Source of the DNA: Phoronis australis
Lineage: Eukaryota > Animalia > Phoronida
DNA length: 64,000 nt
NCBI GenBank assembly: GCA_002633005.1
Contig: NMRA01000249.1
Location: forward strand, 258,073 to 322,072
Reading direction: 5' to 3'
Numbering within the stretch: the first letter of the stretch is position 1; each line of letters opens with the position of its first letter. The notes below the pieces were generated by a model. That model ran no database searches. It saw nothing but the letters and a program-made list of their open reading frames with translations, and was not told the DNA's origin. Made by a program: the position numbers and the translations under genes. Below are positions 1 through 12,407 of this stretch, one piece after another.

Positions 1-2
1 GT

Positions 3-1250
3 TCCCACGAAGTCTCCCGGGTATGCGATGAACCACCGAATCTCTTCGCTGTAGTCATTTGTACGGAAGCAATACACGGCTCCTGAGACCACAAAAAGAA
101 TCTTAAAGTTATTCAATCCTTGTTTATAAATAATTTCGTTATGGGTGTAGACCGACAACTCTATGTTTCCATCAAGAATGCTTGTCTTCTTAATTCCACA
201 TTTTGCAGCAATACGTCTTTTTCCTATTCTGATTAAGTTATTAGGTCGAGATAAACTTCCAGCTGACAACCTCGTAAGTGAGTTATCTCCGCGTAAAAAA
301 TCGGTATCACCCGATTGGTTGGCGGGAATGTCAGTTATGCCTATTGTAAAGCTGCGCACTGCCGTGGCAACTTGAACCATTATGTGCTCAACAAAATAGA
401 ACATGACCGACTGGTCTTTGAGAAGAACTTCTTGTAAGTCGCTCGATTCAAGGACAAGGATTTCTGCAGCGCTCATGGCCATGACGGACACTGAGAAAGT
501 TAACGGCTCGTTGCCTGACACCACATCGAGAATGCTAATAAGTTGCGCTATTTCATCCCCTGCTTCGAGATTTGCCGTTACAATTTCCTCGCCGATATTG
601 TTGATTGATAGTACTGCTAAACTCCCATTGCATACAAAGTAAACCATGTCATCGAGGTCTCCTCGCTCGAAAAGAAAACTGCCTTTCTCCATGGACGCTT
701 GTATTGGATTGAGAGCTCGAAACAAATCCGGTTTCCGCTGCCATAGGAAAGCCAAGTTTTTGTTCATCATCTGCTTTATTCCAGCCGAATCACTTATCTG
801 GGCAGAATGGTTTCTTGAAGGATTATTAAGCGGTGGGAATAAGGTTTTGGGGAATCTGATTGAGTCACTTGGTGGTATTCCAGCGCTTGGTATCCTGGGT
901 CCTATCATCGGTTTGATGCGGGTTTGTTTATTTTTTGTCTGCGCCCCTACTTGGTTTCGTGACGCCCCTAAGGCCGGTATCCACTTCCGCGTTTGCCTGG
1001 TATGCGCGGCCCGCATGTCTTGGAGTTCTTCCCAGTCGCTGAGACGTTTCACGTACAAAATTCCAAGTACTACCGCAAGGAAAAATAACACGTCGAAAAT
1101 GTAACCCCATCTTTCCATCACAACTATTCCCCATCGCTCCAGAAATGTTTCGTAGAGTGATTTATTACAGTCGCCGACTGGGAAGAAACTGTAGATGCTT
1201 CGTAATAGAGCTGACTGTGGCATTCCACAATAACAGCACCGACCTCCCAT
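3..1250 (-). CDS. Neuropathy target esterase / swiss cheese (PNPLA6/7)-like protein, N-terminal part (TM anchor + two cNMP-binding domains); 3' end lies outside the window
   Basis: Uninterrupted minus-strand frame from in-frame ATGs at 1250, 1223 or 1118 to the window edge. It reads MERWGYIFDVLFFLAVVLGILYVKRL (TM), then KGSFLFERGDLDDMVYFVCNGSL...LEAGDEIAQLISILDVVSGNEPLTFSVSVMAMSAAEILVL...FVEHIMVQV (compare NTE GDSVNSLLSILDVITG...VVQIIMVRL), then SILDGNIELSVYTHNEIIYKQGLNNFKILFVVSGAVYCF...WFIAYPGDFVG (compare NTE LFVAQPGELVG). The start codon is uncertain. Confidence 0.85.
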   Translation of the reverse strand, partial: MGGRCCYCGMPQSALLRSIYSFFPVGDCNKSLYETFLERWGIVVMERWGYIFDVLFFLAVVLGILYVKRLSDWEELQDMRAAHTRQTRKWIPALGASRNQVGAQTKNKQTRIKPMIGPRIPSAGIPPSDSIRFPKTLFPPLNNPSRNHSAQISDSAGIKQMMNKNLAFLWQRKPDLFRALNPIQASMEKGSFLFERGDLDDMVYFVCNGSLAVLSINNIGEEIVTANLEAGDEIAQLISILDVVSGNEPLTFSVSVMAMSAAEILVLESSDLQEVLLKDQSVMFYFVEHIMVQVATAVRSFTIGITDIPANQSGDTDFLRGDNSLTRLSAGSLSRPNNLIRIGKRRIAAKCGIKKTSILDGNIELSVYTHNEIIYKQGLNNFKILFVVSGAVYCFRTNDYSEEIRWFIAYPGDFVG

Positions 1251-4200
1251 AATACTACGCCATGGTTTCAGTTGTCGACTGCAACGCACGCCAATGGTGG
1301 TAGATTGGGGCTCATTATCGAATAAATGGTATTCCTGACTTACGATCTACTCATACAATTTCTACAGTGTTTCCGTCTCTCTCACTATTTACCATGGTGT
1401 AGTGATATACGAGCCTGCATCCACCTGTTGGAATTTGGGGAAAATTAATTGCATTTTTATTTGTGACGTCACATTTACTTAAATGTTCTTCCACGTCAAG
1501 AGCTGAGAGATCCTGTTGCATTACTAACGTTTAATATAACGAGGATGCTCACATTTGGAGTCTGTACTCAAGGAACATTAGCGGTGTTAGTCCCGTAGAA
1601 TGGATTTTGTGTCGATTATTCTTGGACTGGGTAGCTTTTATGAAGCTTCGACCAGAGTTATGTAACAGAAAAAACCGCTGTCTTGTTATTCAACTTATTG
1701 TGATTGAAATTGGTGCAATTCATCCAAAAAACAACGATTTTCAATTGAAATAGCTTAGACTGATTTTTCTAACACAAAATTCTTGTTCACAAGTTTGGTT
1801 TAAATGGTCTGTAAGCTCTCCTCATCATTAAAAAGGTGGTCTGCGTTTTGCAAGATAATTTCCATTAACATGTCATATTGAAGCAAGACATTTTTGGTCA
1901 ATCATCAAGATTAACTATTTAAATGTATCTTCAAAAATTTACATAAAATTTCAAGGTGCATTGTATGGCGGTAAGGCAGGGTCACAAAAACAGCCGTCAA
2001 AATTAGCTAGGAAAAGTGGTATATGGATTAATTCTCCTGTGTAGCGCAACGTTGTCAAATTTGAATGAATACCAAATAATTATATGCAGTGTACGTTGAT
2101 TATCCCGCTATTCCAGCCACCAATTTAAGCACATATTTCAATTAATTTGCAAGTTACTTATTTTCATTGCTGAAAACATACAAATTTCGGCTAATCGTGA
2201 CCAATTGTGGTCTAGTGCTCTAGCGACGAAATTGGAGGTCATTGAGTGCACGAAATGTAGCATTTAGATTTTTGTTAGGTTTCCTATCCATGTACAAAAA
2301 ATGAAATTGTTTTGAATTTTGACGTATGGACGGATTTTTCAAAAGCTACTGATTTTTATATAAGCTGTCTCTTAAAACACGTTACTTTGTGACGTCGAAC
2401 TCGGATTTCCTTACATGTACAGTGTATTTTAACCGTAGTAAACTGGAAGTGTAGTGGCCGTGATTGCTGCGAATGAAATCACAAGTATAACACCCGGATT
2501 TAAATAGCTGAGGAACCTGTTTCATGAAGAGTCTTGGCATTTGTATTTTGATTTTCGGCTAAAAAGTACGGTTGACTTTTAGCAATTTCATAACTATCAG
2601 GCTAAAGCTACAAATCTAATCCAAACGACAAAAATATATAGTCTGTTCGAATGAGACAAGAAGCCGAAATGATTAGAGAAACGTATATCGGGTAAAACAT
2701 AACATTTTGGCGTTGCGTAGTCGGATTTCTGATGTTTGGCTAAAGTAAAGAAAAACAGTCCCTGGTTCAATGTTCATGAAGTTTACCCCATCCAACAATA
2801 ATACCCGAAATTAGTGTTTATTCTGTAAAACTGATTATGTCCATTTTTGTTTGTTCAATCGCTACTTCGTAACTGTTAGGCACTACAGTCAGTTGCCTTT
2901 ATAGAATCGGTCTCATGCACTGCAGCAAGTACATGTAGTTCATGGTTGTTTTCTTGAGAAAGACCTGTGATTTTTATGTGTCATTATAGAGGGCGGAAAC
3001 AGGCGTTATCCTACTCACAAACTGTAATGCGCAGTCGGCTTCGGGCAAACTGAAAACACCCATTCGGCAAGTTATTGATTTTATTGACTTCTGTACTTGC
3101 CGTGTCACGAGAGATGACTGGCCTGATAGGTGTCGCTTTATTGTTACGACTGCGCTAACACCATTCCGGTATTTGCGGACAGTATGATAATGAATGTGAC
3201 ACCGATGCCTAGCGGACGCCATACGCTTTTTCATTACCGAGCGCGTATTTTTTTTACTCAAGATGCATGTAGCTTTTTATTCTTGATGCGTAAATTCAAT
3301 TCTGATACGCGTAAAATACTCTGATACACGAATTTGAAAAAAGATGTACCTAGGTGGGTAGCCTGTGGGTGACTGGAGGGTAGGCCTAGGGCATTTTGAG
3401 AAATTATTGTGACTACATCCGTTCTCACGAAATCCGTCTGTGACGCTAAAGATGGGGCTTGACAATTTTTTGCTGACTTGTGCTTGAAATACCAGATCAA
3501 GTCAGCTCCTACAGTATGTTACATAGGATGTACATACTGAAATGCACAAAAACTATTGAAACCGATTCCAAAGTCAATTTCAACCTTATACGACTACCAG
3601 AAGTGCAGCCGAATCAACAGTTTTCACTACAAAGCCACCATTTGCATCGGAGTCAGCGCATTCAGACAGCCAAAACTCTCCAGTTTCCAGAAACTTAGGT
3701 GAGTAGTGGGTGTCGATCAGCCAGAGTTTTCATAAGTCCAGAGAGTCCGAAGGGTAACTGAATTTTCTGCTTAAGTTCAAATTGCAAGCAGCAAAGGTTT
3801 AAGAAAAGCCACTGCTGGGCAAAATATAGGTCAAGGGGTCAACAGCTGACAATGCTTCAATGACTCGGAACAAGTTCAAAAATCAAACAAATGCCATGGG
3901 TACATAAAGCCCCCAAGTGAAGCACAGAACTTGAAATGGCTTAGCCAATTTTTAATGAAATTGGGGCAGGCAACTGAACCGTGGCTCAAAAAATATCCAG
4001 TGCCACCTTAAGTTTCACGCACACTAAACACGTTCGTTATGTCCCAGGACGCGCGTATTACAAGCCTGAACAATGTTTTTACGCAAATAATTGACCAGCG
4101 TTTTGTGGTCTGCGCTCCATCTAACGGCCAACCGTGAAAGTTAAGGAGGCCTTCAGCGAGTTGCAATTTTGTGTGATGGATAGGGTGCACTGCACAGTTC

Positions 4201-7200
4201 TCATTTGGTTTTATCCGGCAGTGCACCAATCACTGCATTTGCCGCCATTCTTACACTGAGTGAGCCACCGCTTTGAAGTAAATGGAATCTTCAGCCAAAT
4301 TAATTGATTTTTCTAATTCCCAGCAATGAACGAAAAAAAAACAGGATTCATTAAACTAAATCTCCAAATTGTACTACGTCCTAACTGTCGTTGCCAGTCT
4401 TACTGTAGTCGTGCTACCGTACATGGTAGTCCAGTTGGCTCTATTGTGGCCCATAACATCGAGTAAATAAATTGAACGAAGGGTCAAGCCCTCCTAACAA
4501 ACACGCAGATTGGTTCTGCTCATCACTATGACTTTACACAAGTATGTTCTTCTTATCATTAGCTAGCCAACGCTATGTATATGTAGTGATGTTGGTCTTT
4601 GGATCGTTGTCGTGAAAATGTGGCCGACTTACTTGCCAACTGTGTCGCTAGCGGGATGTCTGTCTTTCTTTTTGAAGTTTTCTCCCAGTCTAGGCACATG
4701 ACGTCGAAACGCCCCACCTGTAGGCAAACAACATGCCTAACACTCTTACTCGCTTATGTACATGGGAAACGCACGCAGTTTTGCTCTACTAAATTAAATA
4801 TTGAAGACTTTAGACAAAACACTAGGCTCAGTGTAGGAAAACAACGATAATCGTTTTGAATTGTCAGAAAGACATTAAGACGTGCAATATTTATACATTC
4901 AAATTTTGATTCGCTCCATTTCACAGGACACAATTAAAAGCGTGTTATAGAATTTCCACGTCGTGCACTTCGCCACTCATTACTTATGCTGGTGCACGGC
5001 TTTACCTGAGGAAACATAACACCGTGACTCAGAATGCCCAAGCGAAGTTAGGAAAATGGCGTGCTATAAGGCCCCGGGGATGTGTAGCAGCAAGAGGTTG
5101 GTGTATCATAAATAATTAGGTCTCACAATTTCCAAAATTATTAAGTACGTGTGAAATTTTCTGTTTTAGTACTGTGAAGATATATGCTGCAATCCGCAAA
5201 GACTGCATAGATTTGACAGAAACCTCAGAATAACCCAGTCTGGCAAAGCAGACGATTTCTTTTTACAGTATTAAAAATGTCATTGTAAAAGCCAGCGGGT
5301 AGTGTTCGGTGTATTCACCTCAATCGATGTTTTTAGTAAAATTTAGCAAAAATTTTAATAAACAGCAAAATTACAGTATGGATAAGCGGACCAAAAATCA
5401 TAAACGTTCTACGAATTCTCAAAAATGTTGTAACAGTTTTCTAAAATATCGTTTTGTTCTCGCTTTATGCTACTGTCTTCACGCAAAGGCCATATTTTGG
5501 ATAGCCTCTTATACAAACACTTATGTACATTAAAGAGTCTTGGAGAACAGTGTTTGAAACATATCGTTTGGAGTTTCACACAAATCTGATCAAACATTTC
5601 TGAGTTGGCCAAATTTGATAATTTTTCTATGGTGTTGCATGACTTTTATTTTGCTGTTGCTTTTACCGATGCGAATCAAATCCACTCGTCAATTTTGGGC
5701 ATTTTCTGACCAAACTTGACACATTTTTCATAAGAATTTGGAAGCTTTTGCACTCTTGAAGTTTTATCTAGTACCGGCACATTAGCTATATGCATTACAA
5801 TGTCGATATGTAGAATCACAAACACCGAGATTGCAGGCAAGCATTCTAGATTGGAAATAATGTAGATGCAAGTCATGGATACGAATTATGCAGCCTATAT
5901 GTATGTATTGAAAAGGTAACTAGTTGAGTTCAACTAGTCTTCGGTAAGCCTGGAACACTCGATTAAGCAACAGGGCCTTATAGCAGAGAGGCTATTCTAA
6001 CCTGCAGTTTAAATGGACGTGCTAACATGTATATGTTGCAATTAAATGAATTGTAAGCGAAACAAAATGGACTGATGGAGCACAAACCGCTCCTACGACA
6101 GCGAAACGCCTATAAAATCACAAACCTGGAAACTTTGCTTAGTGTACGTCGTCGCTATGGTGCTTTTATATATTGTGTACTGCAATGGAATCACTTCTCA
6201 GATTCTCATTAAGTCACCACATGTTCGGAAATTACACGCTCGTCAAAAGACTTTAACAACGCGAAGATTCGACGTTTTACTATTCGCGTGTCACTCAGTC
6301 ATTTGCATTGTATGGTAAGGTATTAAGTATCAGTCCACGGATCCACCGACCACTGTACAGCCAACAAGCGGCAAGGTGGGGGGTCAGCCATTCAGATCCA
6401 TGTTTAGCCTGATAAATCACATTAGGGATGAGAGAAATTGGGTGAAGTATGACACCACAAAGTTTGGTGGTTTAGGAGATACAAGGGAAGTGTTCTTGGG
6501 GACAAAATGAGGCAATTTCTTGGTGTGGAANTAAATACGGTCTAGTTCAATTTTCCATACCCCACCCTTTACCTTAACCACTGGGGTTAGGACCAATCTT
6601 ATTTAGTGGCAATGTTCATAGCATGGTACCGAGAATTCAATTTGTTTATGTCTCTATTTCAAAGAATGTGTGAAAATCATCGCTGGATCTTCAGCTCTGT
6701 TCGAACTGATGTACATGTATTGACAAGTGCAATTGAACGTATTACCTTTTCTTGTTATACGTCATGTACCCTGCAAAGCGCAGAACCGCGCACACCCACT
6801 TGAGATTACCTAGTAGTCCAGTGAGAGGTTCAGTTTTCTTGTAACCTCGTTACGCTAATGAGTCATAAAACTAGGTTATTCTTAAGACCACTGCCACGCT
6901 GACAGTTTTATCCCCACTTAATCAAACTTTTGCCGTGCCTTCCTGTTCCGGTGTCGGTTATTCCTATGGAATTTTCTGTCATTAAGTTTTTTGCAACTCT
7001 TCCGTTTTTTAACCGAATTGGGTATGAGACACATCATTAGAAAGCCCTTTGTCAGTTCTTGATGATTAGATTAGAAGCCAATTCCATTTAAGTAATTATC
7101 ACTTAAATCGCATACCTGGCTAGTTTAAAAATAGTTTAATTCCAAAAAGCAAGAGTGTCACCAAAATTCAAATATAACAGCTTGTAGCAGTAAAATCAAA

Positions 7201-8290
7201 AGAAATGAACCAGAGAGGTTACAAAAATGACTAGTTATGCCACGAGGGGAATAATTTCAACGATTCAAAAGATGTATGCATTATAAACCTTATAGAATAT
7301 GGATCCTCACACTTGCCTTGACATCCAAAATTATACATTTTTATATATTATAATTAATTGGACCTTTGGTGCCGTTTGATACATTTACATTCCTCAGTAA
7401 AATTTAAAATACAGTGACATTTCCGATAAATGCGACAAACTACTCCAAGAAATTTTTAGATAATTGATGGGCAGACATGTATCAAGTATTGTGGATAGCT
7501 CATCACATTGGTTGCAGAGCAGGACTTTCCGTAAGAGTTTTCTTCAGAAATGATCTTGATACATGTAGTGTTTGTTACTATAAGCAAGAGACATTGGAAC
7601 ACATTTTTATTGCAAGAGAACCTTGACTTTGGAAAATAACGTTATTCATAAAAATCGACAATGTTATGTTGAACACTTGTTATACAGCTGTTGCCACGCC
7701 GTCAACATTCAAGAACGAGAAAACAGAACAACTGCATTGTAGAGCGAGACTTCAGGATAAAAAGCGAGGCATCTGCGTCCAATATAAAACGTACATGTAA
7801 GGGTGAAATGTTCGCTGCAACACGCCATAAATTATAGACAGATTCGCAACTCTGACATTTTCTTGTGTACTATCCTAGAGGAGGCGCCACTCTCCAATTT
7901 CAGTTTCCGGTTAGTGTATTGTGACGGGAAATTCTCGCATCTATGTTACTGTTTTTCGGCATTGAAGCGCTATTCAAAGTCTTCCAATAAGAGAACTGTT
8001 GGTATCACGAGTACTTTTGGCACCTAACCACACACCAGCCCACCATGAATAGCAGACGACGTACTTGCCGGAAGTAAAACTTGCTAATTTTGCCAGGTGT
8101 CGGTAGTGAATAATGACGTCACGGTTTGTGCGTAAGATCACAAATTTCGTACATTGAAAATATACAGAGTTGGCGGTCCATGTAAGCCTATTATAGTCTA
8201 TGAACACACAAAGACATAGCGACACTGTTTTTTGTCAAACGAGAAATGTAACGCCCAAAAATGCCAACAGAGTGCCTTTAGTTACTTTTT

Positions 8291-8549
8291 CATGCACTCA
8301 CCAAGCCTAAAAATGGGGGCTCAATTTCGAGAATGTGGACCTTTTACGAAGATTTACTGGGTACGTTCAGAGCTACATGGACGAATTGTGCATTCGCCAA
8401 ATTTTGATAGTTTGTGCATTTTAGTGGAATTTTGTCTCGTTCTGTACTTTGTTTGGAGCTTTTGATTCTCCGAGACGGACTTTTTTGGCCCCGTCGCCTA
8501 ATGGGGGCTTTTTGAGCACCCTGAGGCTCTCATCTGGGTGCGCGCATGC
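8291..8549 (+). mobile_element. MITE family A, copy 1 (TIR consensus CATGCGCGCACCCAG)
   Basis: Left CATGCACTCACCAAG and right CTGGGTGCGCGCATG; internal blocks (AAAATGGGGG..GAATGTGGA, GGGTACGTTCAGAGCT) are shared with other copies. Confidence 0.75.
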
Positions 8550-9059
8550 TTTATGTCACATTGGCCTATCATCCAGAAAAAAATATACAAGCATTAGATA
8601 AGCTACTCGACTGCGAGTCTGCCCAGGCACCTCGGCAGATAATGTATGTTACTATAGTCGTAAACAGACCCATCCTTTTTCTTAAAAAATAACGTATTTC
8701 TCTGCTAGACTTGTCCCCACGGTATCCGAGCCCAAGCACCAAGCCCAAGTGCATCAAACATCCCAGTCCCACGTGTACATGACATTACCAATTCTGAGAG
8801 CAAGTGAACTGAACATTACTGTTATTTGTTGCACGGCTGTTCCTGAGTGATGCATCTCACCAGACGCAATACATGTACATGACCAGACGCTAGGCAGCTT
8901 GGCAAACCTGGCCATGTCCGCCGCACCAGCATTAACACTCGAGAGACAAACTGTTCAACAATGCAACTCTGACAGTTTCAGGTGGTTCCTAAAACTTAAT
9001 TATAATAATAACGGAAGAGTGGTGTCGGAATTTTTCGATATAAAGTACGCAAAATAGAA

Positions 9060-10390
9060 AGGCTGACACCTTGCTTAGGCTTTAAGAAGTCCCATTGCAA
9101 TTGCAGCCTGCTTGAGCAATTTTGCAAGCGTTTTAATGTTTTTGTTATCTAAGACGCATTTCACTGAAACTGCTTTACTTCCAAACCATTCTTTTCTAAT
9201 ATTTTGCTGAGTGAAGTCCCCAACGACATGACGTTCTGTTGTTTCGTCTTCCATTCAGCTTTTAGAGCAGCAAGAGTCTGTTGATCGACCTGTTTTGCTA
9301 TGTTTCCGCAACCTGTTATCAGCCGCATTACCATTTGCATTTGAGCCCTGATCAGACTCAAATAGTAAGACTGGACGTTACCCAGCTCACCATCCGTTTT
9401 GTTCTTCTAGAATCCAAGATGTTTTCCATCGTGTTAATAACCTACCCTTTATTCCTTAAACGTAGGAAGCACAAGGGACATGTACTGTTGGTTCAGGTCT
9501 TCGAAATTCAAGTTCTGAACCAACCAAATTTTGCTAATCGGTGAGCTACTTCATCACACTGATTGGCAACATGTTCAAGCGTCCAGTCAACTGCGTTCGC
9601 AATATTGTTCCATCAGGCTTTACCTGCTGCATGGCTATCTGACGGTATAGCTACTTCGTGTACATGTATAGAATTATTTTGGATTACCTTTTCAAACAGT
9701 TCTTTTTTAGAACTTTACAAGCAGCAAAGGCATCTGCTTGGAAAACAGAACTATATTCAGAGTTACATGTAGATAGTTTTTTCAATTGGTTGTATATTAG
9801 TCAGGTATTTAATACGAAACCCCGCACCAACCAGTTCATTTATTTTTTTAGCCATCACTGTATGCTTTAATTGCTTATATCAATGTTTCTTTTATATCCG
9901 ATTTTACCATTTCTAATTAGAATGAGACATTCCAATTTACTTTCAAATGTCTTGGTTTTTACTGAGCGATCACTTGGCGTGCACGGCAGTGGAAGTTCAT
10001 TTCTAGCACTGTTACACATGTCAACATGATTTTGTTTTTGTTGATATAATCACTGGTTTGACCATCCAGGGTCCTGCTTAATCGATATGGAAAGATCTCC
10101 GGATTGTCTCAACCATAAGAAACTCATCAGCAATACCTTCATTGCTCCCAATGGAATGCTATAGTAGGAAGTGCCAATGTCATCAGATGTTATCATAAGG
10201 TAACCTAAACGCTGTACCTTCTGGAAAAACTTCTTAAGGAACAGTTTTTCAATTCTACTGGCATAAAATAAGATTAGTCTTTTCAAGTATTTTTGGAACG
10301 AACATAATATTATTTCATTCGAGTAGAGATACATGTACAGTACCAACCGAATGTTGCATTTGGGTTGCCAATATGGTCAAAACAGCTGAA
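9060..10390 (-). mobile_element. Decayed non-LTR retrotransposon 3' half with RNase H (I/LOA/R1-like group)
   Basis: Minus-strand fragments occur in the expected order: KRLILFYASRI...FQKVQRLGYLMITS...SIPLGAMKVLL (post-RT), SEYSSVFQADAFAA, AVDWTLEHVANQCDEVAHRLAK and RRPEP (RNase H motifs VFQAE, W-x-x-x-H...N-E-x-A-D-x-LAK, GPEP), then RLITGCG and EDETTERHVVG (LTGH and ETxEH zinc-knuckle region). There are many stops and frameshifts. Confidence 0.7.
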
Positions 10391-10598
10391 GTGCACCCAA
10401 GACGCTGATATGCGGCACACGTGCGTTCACGAACCCAAGAGCTGAGGACGCTGGGAGAATTTTGGTTGACACGATAGTTATATAAACGTGTGAAGTTGCA
10501 AGTGAAGTTGCTGTTTAAGTACTTTCCAGTTATTCAATGCAACTTAATTTTTGTTAAAGTTTCTAGGCACATATTCGAACACGGGGGTTATGTCTAGA

Positions 10599-10708
10599 AA
10601 GTTGCATTGATACTCTCACTTTTCTCCAGATGTCAAGTTGCATTGATACTCTCACTTTTCTCCAGATGTCAAGTTGCATTGATACTCTCACTTTTCTCCA
10701 GATGTCAA
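10599..10708. repeat. Tandem repeat, 36-bp unit x3
   Basis: AAGTTGCATTGATACTCTCACTTTTCTCCAGATGTC is repeated three times head-to-tail, identical and without spacers. Confidence 0.95.
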
Positions 10709-11220
10709 TGGATTTGGGAGACGTCTCCACAATTGTTGACACAGTGTTTACAGGAATGATTCAAATTATCGATGGTATAGTAAATAATTGTTTTCGAGAA
10801 ATGTACTAGAGTATTTTGTGCAAGAATTTTGCGTACATCACGAAAGGTATGGCGTGTGCCCCAGGTCTGCGCAGCCCGTTGAACGACGCGTCTTCCAGGC
10901 ACAGTAGTCAAATAGACACCAGTTATGTGACAAGGACGTGCTACTCGGAAATGATATATCATTCACTTTTCCATAAAAGGAGCCTATCTGTACAGAGGTG
11001 TGGGCTCTAAGAAAAACACTCCGTTTGATCGAGTTGATCTGCAAACTCTTCTGATGCGATTTTAGCGAACAGCTATTATCATTTTCAGACAACCCCGAAC
11101 CACACATACATTGTAGCCTGTGACAGAGATTTCCGTAAAGAAGCCTTTTCGTAAACTCGAATTGTATAACTAGTACAGAGACAGCCAGATGTACCCTCAG
11201 ATACGGTGTGGGTTTAGGAG

Positions 11221-11335
11221 GAGACAGTGTTGCTCAGCGGCTTGAGCTCCAGGCTGCCGTTTGGCAGACCTGGGTTGAAATACCGGCTTTACTGGCTTGC
11301 AAGTAATCATGTGTCTCTTACCCTATGAACTCGAT
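11221..11335 (+). mobile_element. Degenerate tRNA-derived SINE-like head
   Basis: A-box-like TTGCTCAGCGG and B-box-like GGTTGAAATACC lie at tRNA-like spacing, but there is no intact cloverleaf. Confidence 0.4.
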
Positions 11336-12095
11336 CTTACAAGTGAATATATGCAAGGGACTGCATGAAAACCTGTATTATAAAGTGAAAACGATTTCAG
11401 GGGGTTTACAAGTACTGAAAAATACACGCTCGTTTTTATCAATGTTATCGTATAATCGGCGCATAAACTGAAATCCAGGAAGAAAATGCAAAAAACTTCC
11501 GGTGAATGGTGGTCTCCAAGGTTAGAATTTATTGCTAAAAATGTACTTTAGTTAGGATTTTGGTGTCCATTTTCAAACATGCGTAGTTCTCCCAAACGTC
11601 CTCACTGGGCGTACAGTGTATCTGCGGAAACAACATTCATACGCACCTATTGGAGGTTTCTTTAGATGGATCTGTCACAAACGCGTCACCTGAAACCGAG
11701 TTGTATAATAAAGAAGCAAAAAATAACTTTCGGAAAATGAAAATATTTTCAAAATAATTATTTTATTTAGGAAATTGACTGAAGAAACACCTTTTCGTTG
11801 GGACGCTGTCATGGAAATGACACATTGCAGACCAAGTAACGAGGGAACTTTCCTAACATCGCCCATGGGTTAAAAGGCAGCTGTCGGTTGTTTGTCACTC
11901 AAATCATTCTTGCCAAATTTATGTAACAGCATGTCTCTTGCTGTCTGCGCTTGACAAATCCTTGGTTTCGCTTATCAAGCGATGTCGTACGAATCATTAC
12001 ACAAAACGTTATCTCAATAACCCTTTGCTGACATTACTCACCTGGCACGGTAGGTAGTAAAATAAACGAGACGCAGTTAATTAGTCTTTGCAAAG

Positions 12096-12407
12096 ATGGC
12101 CGAGGTAGACGTAAACGTGCATTCGGAGAAACCCTTTCCTTCTCCTCCGCCTGATAATCAACTAAAACTCCAAGACGGTCGTGATGGCCACACTGACGAT
12201 ATCAATGATGGTGTTAGTAGCAGCGTATCGTCGTGTAGTTCATTGGAGAACGGCGATAACAATGCGTCGCCACCTTCTTACGAAACGCAAGTATCGAAAA
12301 GAAAGGGCGAAACAACGAAAGAATTGACAGAGAACGTAAGACGCATGGTTCAAAAGGTCAACCACATCTCGGAACGGGTGGATGAGTTGTGCGACATTAC
12401 ATCGAAG
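12096..12407 (+). CDS. SLC6 exon 1 (long cytoplasmic N-terminus, putative)
   Basis: AAAGATGG start context, 104 open codons ([14 protein letters not shown]...ELCDITSK) and a phase-0 donor AAG|GTAGGT that matches downstream phase-0 acceptors. Linkage to the SLC6 gene is inferred from phase and position. Confidence 0.7.

Noticed and set aside
163-1134. Plus-strand ORFs 163-375, 403-642, 646-1104 and minus ORF 928-1134
   Set aside because: They are antisense or off-frame shadows of the long NTE-like frame and have no recognisable protein features.
3480-3705. ORF ending at a strong TAG|GTGAGT donor-like site
   Set aside because: No recognisable protein or partner exon; it could be a non-coding exon but cannot be supported from sequence alone.
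10599-10708. 36-bp repeat of CRISPR-like length
   Set aside because: The units are contiguous with no spacers, there are no cas genes, and the context is eukaryotic; it is a plain minisatellite.
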